From positions 1 through 34,180 of the forward strand of contig JWZX01002778.1 of the NCBI GenBank assembly GCA_001275005.1: 34,180 bases of DNA, read 5' to 3'. The position numbers and the translations under genes are program-made. The notes below the pieces were generated by a model. It was not told where the DNA came from. It saw nothing but the letters and a program-made list of their open reading frames with translations, and did not search any database. Of this stretch, positions 28,401 to 34,180 are shown one piece after another. Positions within the stretch are counted from its first letter, which is position 1. Every line of letters begins with the position of its first letter. The stretch comes from Chrysochromulina tobinii. Lineage: Eukaryota.

Positions 28401-31400
28401 AATCGCTCAAGAAGCAATTGCGGGTCGCGATCGGTCGTGTGGCGCGCATGCACAAGCCGTCCAGACACGACATGGTCTTGGTAACGAATGGCCTCTTTCA
28501 GGGGCTGGCGGGCTTCAAGTGCAGCACGGTGTACTACTCCTTTGAGTGGATGGAAACCGTGGAACAGGAGTGGAGGAGAATGTTCAACAAGAAGGCACGA
28601 CGAGACGCAACTACGCCAGCGTGCCTGCTGTATGAAGGCGGGGGCGGCGCGGCAGAAGGTCGGCGACACCTGTGGGCGATTGGGTGCGCCTCGTTTTACG
28701 TGGCTTTCACCAGAGCACTCTCTGACGCCGCCGACACTTCTCAGCGCGCAGCGGCACGATCGGCGTTGGCGCTCAGCCTGTCGAGGTGGGGAGCGCAGGG
28801 AGACCCGAGGTTGTTCTCTTGGCGCCACCTCACGAGCGCTCTCGAGAGGCAATTACGAGGCCGCCAGCGGTACCTTGGGGAGACCTTCATGCTCATCTCG
28901 AGCCTCCTGCAGGGTGATAAGCCTTCCGGGGAGAATTGGCGGTGGGTGCAGCGCCCTGAAGCGTGGGACCCGCTGCACGAGCAGCGCCCTCACTTTCGTA
29001 CGATGGAGTCGATCGCGCTCTTTGAACCCGAGCAGCAAGGTGGCCTCGGCATCGAGCCTGCGCCCAAGCTTCTCGACGCGCGCATTCGCGTGGCGGGGCA
29101 GATGTACGCATGCAGCGGCATGCACGAGGAATCTAAGCTGATGTCTTTCGATGAGGCACGTCGGATCTATCCGTGGCTGGGCGTTGGAGCACGCACGGAG
29201 TGGGATAGGACGGTGGCGAGTCTCGAAGATCGCCTTGACGCTGGAATGGTGCCGGAGCGCGAAGCGTGCAGGGCTTGGGATCAGCGCGGGCTCTGTGTCG
29301 GCGGCGGAACCGTCAAGCTTAGTGGCAGCAGTGCAGGTGAAGTGTCGAGGACGGATGAGGCGAATGAGCGCACGTTGCACGAGGCCATTCGGCGTGCGCT
29401 TGGTGAGATCAAGCGCGGCGCGGTGCTCACACCTTTCGATTGGGAATCTTCTTTGCGAAGCACGTTTCGGGGGATCAGGAAGCCGAGCGCCGAGGAGTGG
29501 TGTGTTGGGGGTGGCGACACTCAGGCGGATGCGCGGGGGGGGCGAGTTTTCTGTGACATCGACAGCGCAGAGGAGCCACGGGGCGGTGAGGCATCGTGGC
29601 TTTGCCGAGCGGACGTCGACGAACAGGGATTTCTTTTCGGCTGGATGGACCGCGCGGGCGAGATACGAGCACGGTTTCACTTTGACACGGCGGGCTACCT
29701 TTGCTTGCGAGGTGGTCCAAGACTCCAACATCAACACTTAGCACAACTCGACCCCGCGGTGCAGCTAGTGGCACGGGCGCGGCTGGCACTTGGCGACGTT
29801 GACGTCCTCCCGGGGGATGGGACGAAGAGGCAGGCGACACATGTGCAGCTGGCCGCGCAGCGTGGTCTTTGGGAAAAGCTCACGACGTGGTCGGCACGTA
29901 TCAGGGCGACACGTATTTATACGCTGGATGGAGGATGGCGTGACGTCAAGACGGACAAAGGGGTGGTGAAAATCGCCACGAGGGCGGCGATCGACCATGA
30001 GGGAAATGTCCTCGGAGGGCGGATTTGCGAGGAGGACGTGAACGAGGATAACTACATCGCCGAGCTCGCCGCACAACTCGACGCGCTCACTGACGCGGTC
30101 TCGCGAGGGACGGAGGAGAGGGTCATCATCGTCTTCGACGCCACATCACCGGTCAGGGCGATGCTTCGCTTTGGGCGGCTTAGCGCTCGTGCACGTGGGG
30201 ATCGGCTGGCCGCCGAACTCCTCGAGCACTTTGAGCGTCTCCGGCGGCGGGTGTCGGCCTTGGTGCTAATCTGGCAGACGTCGCACGTGGGCGAGCCAGT
30301 CAATGAGTGGGTTGACATGATGTGCGACAAGTTTGGAGTGGATGATGATTACCCGATCCCGCGAGGCAAAATTGCTTTCGCCTCGGTCGTCTTTCCGGAC
30401 CATAGGGGCCCGGCACAGGCGTACGCCATGCGTGGCATGAATCGTGTCGTTGCACAGCGCCTACGCAGTCGGGTGCGAGATACGATACTGCGAGATCCCG
30501 ATGAGCATGTGAAACTGTTGGGAATTACATCAGAGGCTCAGCAGATATGCGACGAGATCGCAGCGCGGCGGTGTCAATACGTCGATCAGCCGTACGCAGA
30601 GCCGCGAGCGCGACGAGTTTTGGCGGCTGAGTGGTGCCCCTTTGGCTGCACTGATCACGACGGGCGGTGGCGAGAGATCCATCCGTCGGCGGTAGCGCGG
30701 CGAAGGGCGCTTCATCTCCCCGAGCTCGCGAGCCTCATTGCGGCTCGTCTTGGGGCGCAATCTGGTGCGACTTGTGAGATCTCGTCACAGGAGCGGACGA
30801 ACTTAGGCGGAAGCGAGGTGCAGCCGGGAGACGCGGTTGGAGGGCGGGGACGGTGGTTCGCGCTTACTGAGCGATCTCCCACCTGGTGGCACTTTCAATT
30901 CGAGTGTACGGGGGCGCCACTGCTGGCGGCGCGGAAAGCATACGCACTTGCAGCGGTGGCGGCGCGGCGATGCATGGTCGCCCTGCAGAAGGGACGCGAG
31001 CTTGTCCCGCACAGCCAACTCGATGATCTCATTTTGCTCATACATCAAGGATTGAAGGGCTGGGAGGCAGAGGACAAGGCTACAGGGTCGGAGGCTCAAC
31101 AGCAGAGCCTCAAAAATCGGATCCAGAGGGGAATCACTGACGCCTGGGAGACAGAGTGGCTACGAGCAGGAGCCGCAGGGGCCGTGCGAATCTCTGGCTC
31201 GAGGGCGGATGCCAACGGACGATGGAGGCTAGCTCTGACGGAAATGGTACTGAGTGGGTGCCAGTTGCAAAAACTAGGCAAGGAGAGCTGCGCGGAGGGG
31301 AGGAGGGCGTTCTGGGAGCGCCTCGGTGACCTTCGCATTCTCGGCAAGATCTTCGCAGCTTGGAGTTCCGCTCTCTTGCGCACCACGACGCTGCGGGCAG

Positions 31401-32578
31401 CGGCGCTGCGAAACCTGCGGTTGGCGAGGGAGTTTGTCACGCGTGTCACGACGGGCGAGAGGCGACGCTTACGCAAGGAGGTCGGAAGGAGGCTGGCCGC
31501 GGTTGACGAGGAGCAGGCTGACAATGCGCCAGGCGAGTGGCTGCAGCTGCGAGCTTGGTTGGCTTGGCGCATGGTGCTCGCGCAAGGGCTAGGCAGAAGC
31601 GGCAGATGCATCGTTCACGGGCCGACGCGCGACTCCTTGTGCGAACAAGTGCTGGAGTCTTCCACGGGAAGACAACAAGAGATTGCGAGGGCTCGCGAGG
31701 GCGTCGCGGCGCTGAGGTCGAGGCAAGGGCGAGCGTGGCGGCGGTGGTTGCGCACGGGCGGCTGGGCAGCGTTTGACCTTTGCTTTCAAAAAAGGGAAAG
31801 GATCATGAGGAATCGATCGCTCGCGGCGCAGCGGGATGGAATGCGACGATGGGCGTGTCTGGCGGATGGCACGAAGTGGCAAATCCTCACTGAAGCTGAG
31901 ACGGAGGAGCGGTTCGAACTTCGACACGAGGGTCTGCGGGCCCTTCTCGAACTCAAACAGGTTTTGAGTGATGGCGAATGGAAGGCTCTGGGCATTCACA
32001 ATCTGCGACTCGGGCATTTTATCAGGGTCGAACACTTGTTCTACGGGCCGGAGCAGGCCCCCTCGTGTCACACGTTGAGTGGGCATGAGGCGATGGACGT
32101 GGGTAACTTAGTGCGAATTGAGATTGAACCCAGATGGGACCCGCATCGAGCGAAACGGCGTCGGCAGGAGGTACTGAGTGCCAGGCGCGACGTTCGACAA
32201 CGCGTGGCGATGGGCCCCGTGGTCGCTGGTCAGGAGGCGGATGATGGAGGACGTTGGGCGGTGCGTCGCATTATGGCGGTGCGCCGTCACGAGGGGCGGC
32301 GCGGTCGCCCTCTGGACGTACTCGTGGAATGGGAAGGCGAGGACTCTGACGGGGACCTCTGGGAGGAATCCTGGGTCAGCGTTACCTATCTCTCGAAGGA
32401 CCTGCGTGACGAGGCGAGACAGCTCGAAGGCGAGCTGTTTGGGGCGCGAGGTGCGCACCAGGCGCCCAGTCGGCGGGCGGCGCAGCGAGACGAGGCGAGA
32501 CAGAGGCAGGAGAGAGAGAGAGAGCGCATGCAATGGAGCGCTCGGCTACGAGATCGGGCGAGAGGGGCACCCGTGTAA
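25444..32578 (+). pseudogene. Retrotransposon ORF2 (~2376 aa reconstructed) interrupted by two +2 frameshifts at 27505-27506 and 28116-28117
   Basis: APE ~25651-26500 (LWNA, LLEV, GDFN, LD, SDH). RT ~27370-28360 (REIAL, QCGW, YVD, GALMGEVLSP, YADD, YKHLG). RNase H ~29912-30330 (LDGG, AELAA, FDATS, SHVG, NEWVD). Chromodomain ~32255-32430. 7135 bp minus 4 bp gives 2377 codons. Confidence 0.88.
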
Positions 32579-32717
32579 CCCCGCAGCTCTCGAGCCGCAA
32601 CCGTGGGTTGACTGGTGGCTTTCATCAGCTTCAACTCCCGTGTTGTTGAACACCGTACACGCTTAGTATGCCTGGGGGAGACCCCCTCGCCACGTGTGCG
32701 CTGCCAGTGGGCGTTGT

Positions 32718-32737
32718 TTACTTACTTACTTACTTAC
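32718..32737 (+). repeat. (TTAC)5 3' tail of the retrotransposon
   Basis: ttacttacttacttacttac, 140 bp after the ORF2 stop. Confidence 0.9.
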
Positions 32738-33125
32738 AGGTTTCAGACTCGTGAACCCTTTTTTCTCGCACGTACCGCTACCGGTACAGCCCGTTCGTCG
32801 CACGAGCCAAGCAAGGTTTGGGGTCTTTCGGTAAGGGGGCCGAGCAAGAGCGGGGCGCAGGCGCTAAGTTCTACAACAGCGAGCCCACGAATGAGCCGAC
32901 GGTGCATGCGTGTGTGTGAAGAGGCGGGGCATACATGTAGGCTCACACCATACCATCCCCTTCGGGGGACGCAGAAACAGCATAGGCGAGGTTCGCACCA
33001 GTGGCCCTACGACCGTTACTGACCCGCTTCTGTGGGAAATTAATTAGAACAGGTTTTCTGTGGGAAATAATAAGACCGGCACACATGACTTCGCAGAGGA
33101 ACGCGGGCCACAGGTTTTCCTGAGC

Positions 33126-34180
33126 ATGCCGGCCAGTACTGCCTGGGGGCAGTGCCTGTGCGTCGCCATCGCTGTCGGGGCCTCGGGTGTTATAGGGGGG
33201 TTCGTTGGGCACGATGCCCCCCTCGACTCCCCAGCCCGAGCGTGCGCGCCAAGCTACGCCATTGCTGAGCCGGCCTCGGGGGTTATAGGGGGGTTCGTTG
33301 GGCACGATGCCCCCCTCGACTCCCCAGCCCGAGCGTGCGCGCCAAGCTACGCCATTGCTGAGCCGCATGCAGTCGTGCTCAGCTCTCGATGGACTTCCAG
33401 CGATCTTCAAAGTGAGACGGGTCGATTCGCTTGCCTCAGCTTCACCAGGCCAAGCCGCGCAAGATACTACAACGGGGGTGATATTCATTTTCATCATCCT
33501 ATGCATGGCCATCATCCCCATCATCCCCATTCTCCACATACGCATACCCCTCATTCGCATACCCCTCATGTACATTACCCTCCGCCACCCTCGCCGCCGC
33601 CGCCGTCTCCGCCACCACCATCGCCGCCACCAGCACCACCATCACCGCCGCCATCGCCCCCGCCGCCTCCATCACCACCTCCTCCTTCGCCGCCACCAAC
33701 GCCGCCTCCATCACCACCTCCTCCTTCGCCGCCACCAACGCCGCCGCCACCGCCTTCCCCTCTGCCACCCGAACCATCGCCACCACCACCCTCTACTCCG
33801 CCACCGTCGCCTCCGTCATCTCCACCCTGCCCATCGCCACCCCCTCCGTCACCGCCTCCCCCGTCTTCGCCTCCGTTGCCTCCACCACCCTCTCCTCCGC
33901 CACCGTCGTCGCCGCCGCCGCCGCCTTCGCCACCACCCTCGACACCACCATCGCCACCACCACCAAGTCCGCCCCCATCCCCACCACCACCACTTCCACC
34001 ACCACCTTCACCGCCACCACCATCACCGGAACCGTCTCCTCCACCACCACCTTCTCCCAGATCACCATCGCCATCACCGCCTCCATCTCCGCCACCACCG
34101 TCCCCGCCCCCGTCGCCACCTCCTCCGTTGCCACCACCACCATCCCCACCGCCACAACCACCTCCTCCGTGTCCACCACC
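33126..34180 (+). CDS. Secreted His-rich, Ser-Pro(n) extensin-like protein (5' part; runs off the window)
   Basis: Manual translation from ATG 33126 gives MPASTAWGQCLCVAIAVGASGVIGG...HFHHPMHGHHPHHPHSPHTHTPHSHTPHVHYPPPPSPPPP..., with no stop before 34180. Confidence 0.75.
   Translation, partial: MPASTAWGQCLCVAIAVGASGVIGGFVGHDAPLDSPARACAPSYAIAEPASGVIGGFVGHDAPLDSPARACAPSYAIAEPHAVVLSSRWTSSDLQSETGRFACLSFTRPSRARYYNGGDIHFHHPMHGHHPHHPHSPHTHTPHSHTPHVHYPPPPSPPPPSPPPPSPPPAPPSPPPSPPPPPSPPPPSPPPTPPPSPPPPSPPPTPPPPPSPLPPEPSPPPPSTPPPSPPSSPPCPSPPPPSPPPPSSPPLPPPPSPPPPSSPPPPPSPPPSTPPSPPPPSPPPSPPPPLPPPPSPPPPSPEPSPPPPPSPRSPSPSPPPSPPPPSPPPSPPPPLPPPPSPPPQPPPPCPP
33179..33365 (+). repeat. 93-bp tandem duplication (31 codons, one mismatch)
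   Basis: Copies start at 33179 and 33272; the only difference is T33188 vs G33281. Confidence 0.95.

Larger units (their letters stand above)
22270..32737 (+). mobile_element. ~10.4-kb non-LTR (LINE-type) retrotransposon: ORF1 plus APE-RT-RNase H-CCHC-chromodomain ORF2 and (TTAC)5 tail. 5' boundary approximate (between 22137 and 22348).
   Basis: APE, non-LTR RT and RNase H motifs in LINE order; short 3' UTR ending in a tandem tetranucleotide tail; no LTRs or integrase seen. Confidence 0.92.

Noticed and set aside
30907..31860. Restriction-like endonuclease after the zinc finger (Dualen/RandI-like)
   Set aside because: No RH or PD..(D/E)xK motif visible.
22137..32800. LTRs or a target-site duplication around the retroelement
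   Set aside because: No long terminal repeats. The sequence after the tail (AGGTTTCAGACTC) has only a weak match (GTTTCA near 22234) upstream, so the 5' end stays undefined.
32956..32969. cUUCGg hairpin as part of an ncRNA or hammerhead ribozyme
   Set aside because: Only a 5-bp stem, with no CTGANGA core to accompany the nearby GAAAC.
33028..33068. Two TTCTGTGGGAAAT copies resembling CSL/RBPJ sites
   Set aside because: CSL factors are not expected in this inferred lineage; more likely a small local duplication in the promoter region.
32943..34179. Minus-strand ORFs 32943..33575, 33499..33789 and 33793..34179
   Set aside because: Shadows of the plus-strand His/Pro-rich gene; the duplication mismatch is synonymous in the plus frame but changes the residue in 32943..33575.

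Overview
GC-rich, gene-dense eukaryotic nuclear DNA, most likely from a haptophyte alga (inferred from bipartite plastid-targeting leaders, a cyanobacterial-type DUF6816-like gene and repeat-filled introns). Positions 1-22.1 kb hold 12 mostly intronless host genes: FHA/EF-hand protein, plastid cysteine synthase, DUF6816-like protein, CS+ARM protein, TBL/PC-esterase-like protein, CAMK-group kinase, EXO1, a membrane protein with an EF-hand, an ARM-like protein, a GST, a PX-domain membrane protein and a 4-exon atypical SDR whose introns look duplication-derived. Positions ~22.3-32.74 kb hold a ~10.4-kb non-LTR retrotransposon. It has a coiled-coil ORF1, an ATGA stop/start overlap and a reconstructed ~2376-aa ORF2 (APE endonuclease, RT, RNase H, CCHC finger split by an unnamed domain, a second copy of that domain, C-terminal chromodomain), followed by a structured 3' UTR and a (TTAC)5 tail. 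The RT is broken by two 2-bp duplications. The window ends inside a secreted His-rich/Ser-Pro-rich gene that the ORF track missed. All calls are by motif recognition; no searches were run.
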